A DNA stretch of 64,000 nucleotides from Oligoflexia bacterium (GCA_023701205.1 JAMPXJ010000017.1:1-64000); one strand, 5' to 3'; shown: positions 50,228 through 60,459, counted from the first letter of the stretch. The notes: generated by a model not told the origin, from the sequence alone. Translations and numbers: made by a program.

Positions 50228-51386
50228 CTCGAACCCAGCTCAAGGCGTATTCCCGATCCTCGACGGCCAGCCCCTCGGCCGAAATCGCGAGCGGACGGAA
50301 GGTATCGATCATGACCGCGAGCTCGGTCGTTTCCTTCTGGCCGATCGAGCCGTCGTATCTCCCCGGCTGCGGGCCGTGCGCCAGGCCCATCGGGTGATAC
50401 GTGAGCGACTCCTCGTGGATTCCCTTGCGACTCATGAACTCGCCGCTCGAGTAAAAGAGCACCTCGTCCGAATCGACGTTCGAATGCGGATAGGGCGCCG
50501 GGATCGCTTCCGGATGGAAATCAAATGGCCGGCTCACGAACGAGCAGACCACGAACCCTGCCGCTTCGAAGGTCTGGTGCACCGTCGGGGGCTGGTGCAC
50601 GCGCCCGACGATGGGCTCGAAGTCATGGATGCTGAACGCCCAGGGATAATGGGTGCCGTCCCAGCCCACCACATCGAAGGGATGCCGGTCATAGACCAGC
50701 TCCTGCCATCCGTGCCGCAGCCGCACCCGCACCGGGAACTCGCCCTGCTCCTCGCGCGGCGACTGCAGCCTCGGAACCCGGATATCCCGCTCGCAATAGG
50801 GCGAATGCTCCTGGAGCTGCCCGAAAGCATTCCGATAGCGGCGCGGCGTCTGGATAGCCGAGGCCGATTCGACCACGAGCAGGCTCGGCATTCCGGCCCC
50901 TTCCTCCGCAAAGGCCAGCCGGCAAATCACGCCGCGGGGAATCACGAGATAATCCCCCGGAAGGAACTCGAGGCTTCCATACTGGGTTTCAAGCCGTCCC
51001 TTACCGGCCTGGACATAAACCAGCTCGTCGAAATGCCCGTTACGGTAGAATTCCTCCTGCCCGACGACCGGGTGGACCTTGTGGATGAGCACGTCCTCGT
51101 TGAAAAAAAGCAGCCTCCGGCCCGAAACGAAATCCCCCGCGCGCGGCAGCGCAAAGCTCCTGATGTGCCGCGCCCCGTGACCGCCTTCTGCCGCTTCGGC
51201 GCGCCAGGAGCGGAAGGCTCCCGCCTCCCGCACGCGCGTGGGCATGGCCAGATGGTAGAGATTCGAATAGGTTCCAGAGAAGCCGTCGCGGCTGATCAGC
51301 TCCTCGCAGTGAAGCCTCCCGTCTCCCCTACGAAACGCGATATGGCGCTTGCGGGGCAGCTCGCCCTGACGCTGATAGAACGACAT
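50220..51386 (-). CDS. hmgA: Homogentisate 1,2-dioxygenase
   Basis: It aligns with HmgA over its full length: LLFFNEDVLIHKV, GDYLVIPRGV, metal ligands in FHPEAIPAPYPHSNVDSDEVLFY, and SLTYHPMGLAHGPQPG. Confidence 0.9.
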   Translation of the reverse strand: MSFYQRQGELPRKRHIAFRRGDGRLHCEELISRDGFSGTYSNLYHLAMPTRVREAGAFRSWRAEAAEGGHGARHIRSFALPRAGDFVSGRRLLFFNEDVLIHKVHPVVGQEEFYRNGHFDELVYVQAGKGRLETQYGSLEFLPGDYLVIPRGVICRLAFAEEGAGMPSLLVVESASAIQTPRRYRNAFGQLQEHSPYCERDIRVPRLQSPREEQGEFPVRVRLRHGWQELVYDRHPFDVVGWDGTHYPWAFSIHDFEPIVGRVHQPPTVHQTFEAAGFVVCSFVSRPFDFHPEAIPAPYPHSNVDSDEVLFYSSGEFMSRKGIHEESLTYHPMGLAHGPQPGRYDGSIGQKETTELAVMIDTFRPLAISAEGLAVEDREYALSWVRDG

Positions 51387-51389
51387 GGC

Positions 51390-52510
51390 CTAGAGGTTTC
51401 CCCGGCGGGCCTGTTCCCGCTCGATCGATTCGAAGAGCGCCTGGAAATTCCCCTGGCCGAAGCCCAGTGCGCCTTTTCGCTGGATGATCTCGAAAAAGAA
51501 AGTCGGCCGATCCTCGACCGGTTTGGTGAAAAGCTGCAGAAGGTAGCCCTCCTCGTCGCGATCCACGAGGATGCCATGCCGCTGGAGCAGCGCGAGGTCC
51601 TCGTCGATCGCGCCCACGCGACGCGCGAGATCCTCGTAATACGCGTCGGGCACCGGCAGGAACTCGACGCCGTTCGCGCGCAGCGCGCCGATGGTCTTCA
51701 CGATGTCCGAGGAGAGCAGCGCCACGTGCTGCACTCCCGGCCCCTCGTTGAACTCGAGATACTCCTCGATCTGGGACTTGCGAAGGCCCCGGGCCGGCTC
51801 GTTCAGCGGCATCTTCACGCGCCAGTTCTTCGAGCGCACGACCTTGCTCTTCAACGCCGAGTAGCGGGTCGAGATGTCGTTCTCGTCGAACTCCACGAAG
51901 GTCATGAAGCCGAACGCCGAGCGGTAGTACCCGGCCCAGCGATCCATCGCGCCAACCTCGACATTGCCGACGACGTGGTCGATGGCGACCAACCCCGTCT
52001 CCTGGCGAGGCACCGGCGGAAGCCGCAGCTCGACGAATCCCGGCGCCCAGAGGCCGCGATAGCCCGAGCGGTCGATGAAGGTATGGATCGTCTCGCCGTA
52101 GGTGCGGATGCCCGCGACGGTCACCGTGCCGTTTTCATCCCGCAGCTCCCGGGGCGCATAGGCTTCCTGACCGCCCCGCCGCAGGCATTCCGCGAACGCC
52201 GCGCGCGGATCCTTCACCGCGAGCGCGATGTCATGCACGGAATCCCCGTGGGATGCGAGCCAGGCCGAAATCCGATGATTCGAGCTGAGCGGCGTGGTCA
52301 GGACCACGAAAACGCGGTTCTGCCTCAGCACGTACGAAACATAATCCCGGACACCGGTCTCCGGCCCGCAATAGGCGTAAGGCTCGAAACCGAAGGCGGC
52401 ACGGTAGTAGTGCGCGGCCTGTTTCGCGTTGCCGACGTAGAACTCGAGGTGATCGAAGCCTTCGACCGCGAAAGCCTCCTGGCCTTGCCACGCCTTTGTC
52501 ATGAATGCCA
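51390..52510 (-). CDS. hppD: 4-hydroxyphenylpyruvate dioxygenase
   Basis: The start is taken at MAFMTKAW. It has two VOC modules: FDHLEFYVGNAKQAAHYY, IDHVVGNV and GVQHVALLSSDIV. The C-terminal EIIQRKGALGFGQGNFQALFESIE is the HppD tail. The upstream 186 codons of the track ORF are spurious. Confidence 0.9.
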
Positions 52511-52598
52511 TCGGCCACTCCTGAGATTGCCCGCGCGGCCGGACGGATCGGCGCAACGGACGAAATTTCTTTATTTCAGATGAAATCCACCCTATAGG

Positions 52599-53765
52599 TT
52601 GACGGTCATAACGAAGAACCCGATGGGAGTCAAGAAGACCATGGCCACGTTCGCGGACAGGATGCAGCACATCGAAAGCTCGGGAATTCGCCGGCTTTTC
52701 GAGCTCGGATCGCAGCTTTCCGACCCGATCGACCTTTCGCTGGGACAGCCGGATTTCGAGCCTCCGGTCGAGGTGCAGGAGTGGGCCATCGCCGCGATCC
52801 GCGAAGGCCGAAACCGCTATTCCCCGACCGCGGGCATTCCCGAGCTTCGCGCGGCCCTGGCGAACAAGCTTCATGGCGAAGGAATCGCGACCGCCGAGTC
52901 GGTCATGGTAACTGCCGGCGCCTCCGGAGGACTGCTCCTGGCATTGATGGCGTTGGCCGATGCGAACACCGATGTTTACGTTCCCGATCCCTACTTCGTG
53001 GCCTACCCCCAGCTGATCCGCCTCGCCGGCGCTCGGATGATCCCCATCGATACCTACCCCGATTTCCATCTCACGCCCGAGCGCCTCGCGCGCGCGGTCG
53101 CGAAAGCTGATCCCAAGCGGCGCCGGCTCCTGATCTTCAACTCGCCGAACAACCCCACAGGCGTGGCGTATGAAGCCCTAGAGATCCGGAGGCTCGCCGA
53201 AACCGCGCGGGAGCTGGGTTTTCAGGTCATCTCCGATGAGGTTTACGACGTGTTCACCTACGAGACGCCCCATGTCTCCTGGCTTCGAACGGATCCCACG
53301 GCGGTTCTCGTCCGGGCTTTCAGCAAGACGGGAGGCATGCCGGGCTGGCGCATCGGTTATGCGGCGGCCCCCCCGCTCGTGCTCGAGCAGATGCTCAAGC
53401 TCCAGCAGTTCACCTTCGTGTGCGTGAACACGGTGGCGCAATGGGCCTGCCTCAAACTCCTCGAGACCGACCTCACGGACCGGATCTGTGACTATCGCGC
53501 GAGGCGCGATTTCCTTCGCGACCAGCTCTCGCCCCGCTTCGGTCTGATCCCGCCCTCGGGAACCTTCTTCGCGTTCCCCTCCTGCCCCGCAGATCCGGAG
53601 CGCTTCCTTCGCAAGTGCCTCGAAAAACAGCTCCTGGTCGTGCCGGGAAACGTCTTCTCCGCGCGCAACACGAACTTCCGGATCTCCTTCTCAGCCAAGC
53701 CCGGGCCGCTCGGAAGGGGCATCGGCATCCTCAACCAGATCGCCGAGGAGCTGCAGGAGGAATGA
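52599..53765 (+). CDS. PLP-dependent aminotransferase class I (aromatic/tyrosine aminotransferase-like)
   Basis: SGIRRLFELG, SLGQPDF, RYSPTAGIPELR, the conserved Asn-Pro in IFNSPNNPTG, and the PLP lysine in AFSKTGGMPGWRIGY. The start could also be the Met at 52641. Confidence 0.85.
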   Translation: MTVITKNPMGVKKTMATFADRMQHIESSGIRRLFELGSQLSDPIDLSLGQPDFEPPVEVQEWAIAAIREGRNRYSPTAGIPELRAALANKLHGEGIATAESVMVTAGASGGLLLALMALADANTDVYVPDPYFVAYPQLIRLAGARMIPIDTYPDFHLTPERLARAVAKADPKRRRLLIFNSPNNPTGVAYEALEIRRLAETARELGFQVISDEVYDVFTYETPHVSWLRTDPTAVLVRAFSKTGGMPGWRIGYAAAPPLVLEQMLKLQQFTFVCVNTVAQWACLKLLETDLTDRICDYRARRDFLRDQLSPRFGLIPPSGTFFAFPSCPADPERFLRKCLEKQLLVVPGNVFSARNTNFRISFSAKPGPLGRGIGILNQIAEELQEE

Positions 53766-53767
53766 GC

Positions 53768-55438
53768 TCAGACCAGCTCCAATCCGCGACGGATCAGCTC
53801 GGCCCTGGCGGGTGAGAGACTCCCGATGCGAGCGAGCCCGCGCAGGATGACCGGCTCCCAGGATGCCCGAAGCTGATAATGTGAATTGAGCTCCAAGAGC
53901 TCGTATCGCAGGAGCCAATCCTCCGGAAAACGCGTCTCGAGCTCCCGGTGGACCTCCGTGAGCGCTTCCGGCAGGGCATCCCTCCCGCCGTATTGAGCCT
54001 CTTCGCGAAGCCGCCTGACCCTCGCGTACAAATCGTTGAGCTCGCGATTCGCGTCGGTGAGATTCGTCTTGGGAATCCCGGGCGATTGCCCGATGCCGCC
54101 CGTCGCGCGAAGAAAGCTTGCGCGATCCGCCGCCCCGCCAAAAACGGAGACGATGCGCTCACAGTCCGGGACGAGGACCTCTCCCGACGGGCTTTCCACG
54201 GATCTGTTCCGCCAGACGAAGCTGCAGTCGGAGAAGACGCGCCCAAGCTCCCGTCCCGCTATCGACAGGGTCTTGTGTGCCCGCCCTTCCACGACGAGGC
54301 CCGAGCCGAACTCCAGGCGAACCCGCCCGTCACCGAGCTCCCGCCGCCGGGGCCGCCCCAGCAGCGTCACGAACTGGGGCCCACCCGCCTCGAGCTCGCG
54401 ATCGTCGCGCGCCAGCTGCACTCTTCCCCGATGCCAGACGCAAAACGGAACACCGTCTTCCTCGATGAAATGGTCGACGATCCCGCTGATCTGCAGGCCA
54501 TTCTCGAGCTGGCACGTCGTGACCGTGCCCGCGCGCCAGGCGCGATGGAGACCTTCTCCTCCCCCCTTGCGAAAGGCCATCGTGGCGGCCAGCTGCTCCA
54601 GCACTTCCGTCAGCTCCTGAAAATCGCGGGCAACGAAGAGCTGGGGCTGCGGTCGCGTGATGTCGTAGCCCTGGCGGACGCAATCCAGGGTCAAAGGACG
54701 CTTGGCCACGCCAGGCCCCAGGCAATGGTAGCTTTCGCTCACGGACGAAAGCAACCCGGCCCCATAGATCTTGGGCGCGGAGGAATCGCCGATCAGCCCG
54801 TACTCGATCGTCCACCAGCTCATGCGCGCAAGCTGGGTGGCCTCGCTGACGTGATCGACCTGAGCCACGGCCTCCTCGAGGCTTCGCTGGGCGGCCGAGA
54901 TTTCCTCGGGCCGGGAGCACGGATCCTCCTTGAGATCCGAAAGCCGCCGGATAGCGAGATAGACTTCCCAGTCCTGCGCGGAATGAATCGCCTTGCGCGA
55001 GATCTCTCCATAGCGCCTCAGATAGGCGGCATACTCCGGGTCCGCGATGATCGGAGCATGACCCGCCGCCTCATGTACGATATCCGGAGCGGGAGTGTAT
55101 TCGAGGTGCTCGGGCTGCCGCATATCGCAGGCGATCGGCAGGATTCCCAGCGATAGAAACTCCATGAAGACCGACGGCGGGATGAAGCCGCAAACCGGGA
55201 CCGCGCGCCAGCCGAACACCCGGAGCTTTTCGTCCATCTCCGAGATTCGCGGAATGCGCTCCGATGAGATGCCCGTCTTCTCCAGGCCGTCGAGATACAT
55301 CCGGTGCGCGTGACGGACGAAGAAGGACTTGGAGATCTTCAGAATGAAGCGCCAGCCGGCGTGATCCGCCGGCGTATAGAGATCGAAATTCTGCTTCGCC
55401 ACATACGGAAGCAGGTACTCCGGGATATTCTCGGTCAC
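53768..55438 (-). CDS. Aromatic amino-acid hydroxylase (phenylalanine-4-hydroxylase-like) fused to a ~270-aa C-terminal domain of unknown function
   Basis: Biopterin-hydroxylase iron-site motifs: EYTPAPDIVHEAAGHAPIIADPEYAAY (PDxxHExxGHxP) and KIYGAGLLSSVSES. The protein is 556 aa, against about 270-300 aa for bacterial PhhA. Confidence 0.7.
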   Translation of the reverse strand: MTENIPEYLLPYVAKQNFDLYTPADHAGWRFILKISKSFFVRHAHRMYLDGLEKTGISSERIPRISEMDEKLRVFGWRAVPVCGFIPPSVFMEFLSLGILPIACDMRQPEHLEYTPAPDIVHEAAGHAPIIADPEYAAYLRRYGEISRKAIHSAQDWEVYLAIRRLSDLKEDPCSRPEEISAAQRSLEEAVAQVDHVSEATQLARMSWWTIEYGLIGDSSAPKIYGAGLLSSVSESYHCLGPGVAKRPLTLDCVRQGYDITRPQPQLFVARDFQELTEVLEQLAATMAFRKGGGEGLHRAWRAGTVTTCQLENGLQISGIVDHFIEEDGVPFCVWHRGRVQLARDDRELEAGGPQFVTLLGRPRRRELGDGRVRLEFGSGLVVEGRAHKTLSIAGRELGRVFSDCSFVWRNRSVESPSGEVLVPDCERIVSVFGGAADRASFLRATGGIGQSPGIPKTNLTDANRELNDLYARVRRLREEAQYGGRDALPEALTEVHRELETRFPEDWLLRYELLELNSHYQLRASWEPVILRGLARIGSLSPARAELIRRGLELV

Positions 55439-55495
55439 AAAGGTCTCTCCGCTTTCGACTGAGCTTTCCCAGCACCCTACCTCAAGCGGCGGGCC

Positions 55496-55951
55496 TTGAC
55501 TAGTCCCGGCAGGCTGATCGCTCGCCGCAACATGGCACCTTCATTGCTCCTGATCCTCGCCATGATCGCGCGACTCACCCGCTCCGAGCTCCAGGACAAA
55601 TTCGAACGCTTTGAGAAACTGCAGCTGATCGATCTTGGGACCAATGAGGCTTACGACCAGCTGCACCTTGCAGGCGCGCTGAGCATCCCATTGCCTCATC
55701 TGCGCGAGCGCATCCATGCGATCGTACCTGATCGCGGCGCCCAGCTCGTACTCTACAACGCTCCTTCGACCGAAGAACTCTGGCAGGCAGCCTTGGCTCT
55801 TCACGGACTCGGTTATTACAATGTTTTTTACTACTCGGGCGGGCTGAAAGACTGGCAGAACGCGAGCCTTCCGCTCGAGACGAACGTCTATCCCTATCCT
55901 GCGCAGCTCAACCCGGCCTATCCTCTCACAACCGAACCAGACGCCGCCTGA
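55496..55951 (+). CDS. Rhodanese-like domain protein
   Basis: The rhodanese pattern LIDLGTNEAYDQLHLAGALSIPL....LVLYNA....LGYYNVFYYSGGLKDW lacks the catalytic Cys, so it looks like an inactive or regulatory rhodanese. An N-terminal hydrophobic segment is present. Confidence 0.6.
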   Translation: MTSPGRLIARRNMAPSLLLILAMIARLTRSELQDKFERFEKLQLIDLGTNEAYDQLHLAGALSIPLPHLRERIHAIVPDRGAQLVLYNAPSTEELWQAALALHGLGYYNVFYYSGGLKDWQNASLPLETNVYPYPAQLNPAYPLTTEPDAA

Positions 55952-55965
55952 ACGCATTGCGCAAC

Positions 55966-55999
55966 AAAAACCCCGGAGCTTGCACACTCCGGGGTTTTT
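55966..55999. terminator. Bidirectional rho-independent terminator
   Basis: aaaaaCCCCGGAGcttgcacaCTCCGGGGttttt is a perfect 8-bp GC stem with an 8-nt loop, flanked by an A-run and a T-run. It lies between the convergent rhodanese and merR genes. Confidence 0.7.
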
Positions 56000-56404
56000 C
56001 TACTCGGAGGAAAAAAGCTGTGAAATCGGCGTGTCCGCCAGCGAGCGCAGCTCGCGAGTCAGGCCTCGGATCTCGTCCAGACGTTCGGTTGACCGCGCCT
56101 TTTCCTGTTGAAAATCCTTGAGCTCACCGCCGCGCCGGAGTTCATTGATACGCTTGCGGGCACCCTCGATCGAATAGCGCTCTTGGTAAAGCAGATGCTT
56201 GATCAGGAGAATCAGCTCCACGTCCGATCGCCGGTAGACGCGATGACCGGCTTCGGATTTTTCAGGGGAAATCAGGGGAAACTCGCTCTCCCAGAAGCGG
56301 AGAACATACGGCTTGACGCCCGCGAGCCGAGCTACCTCGCCGATCCGGAAATAAAGCCGGTCGGGAATCCGCGCTCCGCTTCGCGAAGAATCACTCGCCG
56401 TCAT
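56000..56404 (-). CDS. MerR-family transcriptional regulator
   Basis: N-terminal HTH (YFRIGEVARLAGVKPYVLRFWESEFPL...RSGAGHRVYRRSDVELILLIKHLL) and a C-terminal coiled coil. 14-nt overlap with ihfA. Confidence 0.8.
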   Translation of the reverse strand: MTASDSSRSGARIPDRLYFRIGEVARLAGVKPYVLRFWESEFPLISPEKSEAGHRVYRRSDVELILLIKHLLYQERYSIEGARKRINELRRGGELKDFQQEKARSTERLDEIRGLTRELRSLADTPISQLFSSE

Positions 56405-56741
56405 CTTCGTCGTCTTCTTCCTTCGCGCGCCGGAGCGCGTCCGCCTGGATCGGCTTACCCTCGAGCGAAGCGTTGACTTCAGCCCTCAGTACCTGGGAAG
56501 GGCGGAAGGTCAGCACGCGACGGGCGCTGATCTCAATGCTTTCACCGGTTTGAGGGTTACGTCCGATGCGCGAGCGTTTCTCACGCACCACGAAGTTCCC
56601 GAAACCGGAAATCTTGATCTTTTGTCCTTGGGACAAAGTGGATTTGATCGTATCGAAAACAAGCTCCACTAGATCGGCTGCTTCCTTCTTGGAGAACCCG
56701 ATTTTCTCGTAAAGCGCTTCCACGATATCCGCTTTAGTCAT
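56391..56741 (-). CDS. ihfA: Integration host factor subunit alpha
   Basis: The start is taken at MTKADIVEALYEKIGFSKKEA. GFGNFVVREKRSRIGRNPQTGESIEISARRVLTFRPSQVL aligns with E. coli IHF-alpha ([40 protein letters not shown]). It follows pheT as in E. coli. It has an acidic C-terminal tail. Confidence 0.85.
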   Translation of the reverse strand: MTKADIVEALYEKIGFSKKEAADLVELVFDTIKSTLSQGQKIKISGFGNFVVREKRSRIGRNPQTGESIEISARRVLTFRPSQVLRAEVNASLEGKPIQADALRRAKEEDDEDDGE

Positions 56742-56806
56742 CGCCACGGTAGCTTTCCTTACCTTTCTGTTAGAGGGTCTGTCGGCTGGTCTCCTGCCCG
56801 GCCTCA

Positions 56807-59275
56807 CTAGCTGCGGAGCTCGATTCCCAACTCTTTTTTCCATGCGTTGAGAATCTGAGCCGAAACAGTTTCCGCCTCGGACTCCTGCAAGCTTCGATTT
56901 TCTTCATAAAAGATAACCCGTACCGCCACGCTTGTCACGCCCTCGCCGAGCTGGGAACTTCTATAAACATCGAAAATCTTTGCGACCTTCGCAAGCGGCT
57001 TGCCCGCCTTAAGCGCTACCTGAGAAATCCTGTCAGCTGATACCTCGCCTTTGACGATCAGCGCAAAATCGCGCTCAATCGGCGGGAACTCCGACCAGGC
57101 ACGGAACGCCGGCACTTCCCAGGCCGTGCGACTCAGTTTTTGGAGCACCTCCCAGTCGACTTCGATCATCCAGAGCGGAGCGCGAGCCTTCAGATCCCGC
57201 GCCTTCCCGGGATGGAGCAATCCGAAGTGGCCGACGACATCCCCTTTTCCCGCCAGAATTTCGACGCTCTGGCCGGGGTGAAATAGCGGATTGCCTCCGC
57301 TCCGGGAGGCCGTCAGCGGCTGGAAGCGCATTCCGCGCGTTCCCAGCCCCTCGAAAAGCCGCTCCACGACCGACTTGAGGTCGTAAAAATCGACTTCCCC
57401 TAGCTCATTACGCAATCCACCCGCGAAACGCGGCCCCGAGAGCACCGCCGCGAGCCTCCACAGCTCTTTCGCACCGGTTTCCATCTCGCCTTGGGCCTTG
57501 AGCCCGCCCTCCGCGGCCCGGAAGGTCGGTCGGATCTCGAAAAGGCGGATTGGAAGCGCTTCGGAACCGAAGTGCCTGTTCCAATTGTCGAGCGCGTTTC
57601 TCACGAGTCCGGGAAGAAGCGACGGAATCATCGCCTCATGCTCCTCGCTCAACGGATTCACCACGAGCGCGCTCGAGCTCATTCCGAACTTTGAGAGCCA
57701 GGCGCGGCTCGTGAACGAATAGTTCAGCGCCTCGCACAGTCCCAGGCCGGCCAGCAGCTCCTTGGCACGCAAGAGCAGTCGGAACGAAGCAGCCGTGGCG
57801 CTCTCGGGAGCCGACAGCGCGCGGGGCGCGCTCGTCAGCACCGGAACGGTCTCGTGAATCGCATCATAGCCGATCGTGCGGGCCACTTCCTCCGCCAGAT
57901 CCTCCGGAATCGAAAGGTCCCGCCGATAACTCGGCGCCGTCACCTTCCACTGCGCGCCCCCCTTTTCGATCCGGCAGCCCAGTCCTTCGAGGATGGCCGC
58001 CGCCCGCGCTTCGGTCACTTCCATTCCCAGGAAATCACCGAACCAGCCCGGTGCAACCGTGATGGCGCGCGACCTCGGAAGATCCAGCCGGGCACTCACC
58101 GAGCCCACGACGCGGCCGCCGGCCAGCTTCTGCACGAGCTGCGCGAGCCGCGCCAGTACCTGCGGCAGCGCCTGCGGGTCGATGCCGCGTTCGAAACGGT
58201 GGGCCGCATCCGTCTTCTTCTGATGCCGCGAGGAAGCGCGTCGCACCAACTTGGGATCGAACTCCGCGCATTCGAGAAATACCCGTGTCGTGCCTTCCTG
58301 GACTTCCGAGTTCCCGCCGCCCATCACGCCAGCCAGGCCAACGGAGCGCTTGCCATCGAAGATCACGAGCTCCGTCCCCGCCAGCCGTACCTGCGTGCCG
58401 TCCAGCAGGGGCAACTCCTCGCCTTCGCGTCCCACGCGCACGCCGATGCGCGCGCCTTCGATCCGATCGGCATCATAGATGTGCACCGGATGCCCGAGCT
58501 CGAGCATCACCAGGTTCGAAGCGTCCACCACGTTATTGATCGAGCGCGAGCCCGAGGCCTCCAGCCGCCTCACCAGCCAAGCGGGCGAAGGGCCGACCTT
58601 CACGCCATCGAGATAGGCACCGAAAAACTGCGGCGCAGCCTGGCCAGCCTGGAGCTCGATCGTGATCGGGCAGCCCCCTTCCTGGAGCAGGGGCGCTTCG
58701 GGCCGCTTCGCACTCTGGCCAAGCGCGGCCGCCACCTCGCGCGCGATGCCGTAGTGACTCAGGCAATCGCCGCGGTTCGCGGTGAGCTTCAGGGTCAGGA
58801 TCGTATCGTCGCGCCCGAGAAGCTCGGCCAAAGGCCGGCCCAACGGCGTCTCGGGCGGAAGGATCATGATGCCTTCAGCCTTTTCCTTGAGCTTCAGCTC
58901 CTCTTCGGAGCACAGCATACCGTTCGAGGTCACGCCCCGGATCTTGCTGCGCTCGATCTTCACGTCGTTGGGCAAATGCGCCCCGATCTGCGCCAGCGCG
59001 ACCTTGTCTCCGGCCTTCATGTTCTGCGCGCCGCAGACGATCTCCTGCGGATCCCCCTGCCCCGTGGTCACCAGGCAGAGACTCAGCCGATCGGCCTGCG
59101 GATGCCTGTTGCGCTCGAGGATCTGCGCCGTCACCACGCGATCGAATCCCGCGTCCTGGCGCTCGATCGCCTCGACCTCGAGCCCCCTGCGCGTCAGCAG
59201 CTCGGCGAGCCCCTGAGGCCCGCCCACGCCGCTGAGATCCACCATCTCGGAAAGCCATTTCCACGAAATTCGCAT
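56807..59275 (-). CDS. pheT: Phenylalanine--tRNA ligase beta subunit
   Basis: 822 aa with an N-terminal tRNA-binding (OB) domain, B3/B4 and B5 domains, and the FDVY...SQ C-terminal anticodon-binding domain. It is downstream of pheS. Confidence 0.95.
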   Translation of the reverse strand: MRISWKWLSEMVDLSGVGGPQGLAELLTRRGLEVEAIERQDAGFDRVVTAQILERNRHPQADRLSLCLVTTGQGDPQEIVCGAQNMKAGDKVALAQIGAHLPNDVKIERSKIRGVTSNGMLCSEEELKLKEKAEGIMILPPETPLGRPLAELLGRDDTILTLKLTANRGDCLSHYGIAREVAAALGQSAKRPEAPLLQEGGCPITIELQAGQAAPQFFGAYLDGVKVGPSPAWLVRRLEASGSRSINNVVDASNLVMLELGHPVHIYDADRIEGARIGVRVGREGEELPLLDGTQVRLAGTELVIFDGKRSVGLAGVMGGGNSEVQEGTTRVFLECAEFDPKLVRRASSRHQKKTDAAHRFERGIDPQALPQVLARLAQLVQKLAGGRVVGSVSARLDLPRSRAITVAPGWFGDFLGMEVTEARAAAILEGLGCRIEKGGAQWKVTAPSYRRDLSIPEDLAEEVARTIGYDAIHETVPVLTSAPRALSAPESATAASFRLLLRAKELLAGLGLCEALNYSFTSRAWLSKFGMSSSALVVNPLSEEHEAMIPSLLPGLVRNALDNWNRHFGSEALPIRLFEIRPTFRAAEGGLKAQGEMETGAKELWRLAAVLSGPRFAGGLRNELGEVDFYDLKSVVERLFEGLGTRGMRFQPLTASRSGGNPLFHPGQSVEILAGKGDVVGHFGLLHPGKARDLKARAPLWMIEVDWEVLQKLSRTAWEVPAFRAWSEFPPIERDFALIVKGEVSADRISQVALKAGKPLAKVAKIFDVYRSSQLGEGVTSVAVRVIFYEENRSLQESEAETVSAQILNAWKKELGIELRS

Positions 59276-59307
59276 CGAAGCACCCTCGCTCGCCCGCGGG
59301 CTCAGAA

Positions 59308-60333
59308 CTAGAACTGTTTCAAGAAACGCACGTCGCCCTGGAACATCAGCCGGAGATCCGGGATCTCATGCAACAGCATCGCGATCCTCTCGACGCCCAT
59401 GCCGAAGGCGAAACCCGTGAGCCCCGGCTCCCGGAAACCTGCCATCTCCAGCAGCCTCGGGTGGACCATTCCGGCACCCAGGATCTCGAGCCAGCCCGTC
59501 CCCTTGCAGATCCGGCACCCCGCCTTCGGCGCGCCCTTGCATTGGAAGCAGCTCACGTCCACCTCCGCGCCGGGTTCCACGAAGGGAAAATAAGAGGGCC
59601 GCAAACGGATCTTCGCCTCCGCGCCGAAGAGCTCGCGCGCGAGGCAGGAAAGCACGCCTTTGAGATCGCTCATCTTCACGCCGCGATCGACCCAGAGTCC
59701 TTCCACCTGATGGAACATCGGAGAGTGAGTCGCATCGCTATCGCATCGGTAAACCGCGCCCGGGCAAAGAATGCGCACCGGCCAGCTCTGGGAGCGCATC
59801 GCCCGCATCTGCACCGACGAGGTATGGGTCCGGAGCAGCACGCCCGGGCCCATGAAAAAGGTGTCCTGCATGTCTCGCGCGGGATGATCCGCCGGAATAT
59901 TCACGGCGTCGAAATTGAGGAACTCGGTCTCGATTTCCGGCCCGGTCATCACGTCGAAGCCCAGGCGCGCCAGGATCTCGACGATCCGCCGCGTGGCCTG
60001 AGTGACGGGATGAAGCGTGCCACGATGAGGCAGCCGCGAAGGCAAGCTCACGTCGAGGCGCTCGGACTGAAGCCGGGCATCGAGTGCCGCCGCCTCGAGC
60101 GCGCCTTTGCGTACCTCGAGCGCGTCCTCGATCTTGCGTTTCCACTCGTTGGCGGCCGCGCCGATTCTGGGCCGCTCCTCGGGTCCGACCGACCCCAGAC
60201 CCTTGAGCACTTCGCTCAAAGCGCCCTTTTTGCCCAGAACGGACACGCGCACCTGCTCGAGCGCCTCCAGTGAGGCCGCAGCCGAGATCTCCTTGAGGAC
60301 CTGCTCTCCGATGGCATCCAGCTTGGCTATCAT
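59308..60333 (-). CDS. pheS: Phenylalanine--tRNA ligase alpha subunit
   Basis: Class II aaRS motifs: motif 2 FRPSYFPFVEPGAEVDV and motif 3 GMVHPRLL...GFAFGMGVERIAML. Confidence 0.95.
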   Translation of the reverse strand: MIAKLDAIGEQVLKEISAAASLEALEQVRVSVLGKKGALSEVLKGLGSVGPEERPRIGAAANEWKRKIEDALEVRKGALEAAALDARLQSERLDVSLPSRLPHRGTLHPVTQATRRIVEILARLGFDVMTGPEIETEFLNFDAVNIPADHPARDMQDTFFMGPGVLLRTHTSSVQMRAMRSQSWPVRILCPGAVYRCDSDATHSPMFHQVEGLWVDRGVKMSDLKGVLSCLARELFGAEAKIRLRPSYFPFVEPGAEVDVSCFQCKGAPKAGCRICKGTGWLEILGAGMVHPRLLEMAGFREPGLTGFAFGMGVERIAMLLHEIPDLRLMFQGDVRFLKQF

Positions 60334-60389
60334 TCATTGCTCCTGAAAGGTGAAGTCGCACCATCTTGCCCCAGGCGCGTCTTCTCTCA

Positions 60390-60424
60390 AAGAGAAAGCA
60401 AATGAAAGACGGCACGCGCCGTCG
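60390..60424 (-). terminator. Putative intrinsic terminator/attenuator between rplT and pheS
   Basis: On the transcribed (reverse) strand, GACGGCgcgtGCCGTC is a 6-bp GC stem with a 4-nt loop, followed by TTTCATTTGCTTTC. It sits in the 126-nt rplT-pheS spacer, where pheST attenuators occur in other bacteria. Confidence 0.4.
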
Positions 60425-60459
60425 GCCCTGCTGATCGACAGGCTGAGCCTGCCTGAAAT

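Noticed and set aside
57854-59311. A 485-aa plus-strand ORF
   Set aside because: Antisense to pheT. Arg-rich, with no motifs.
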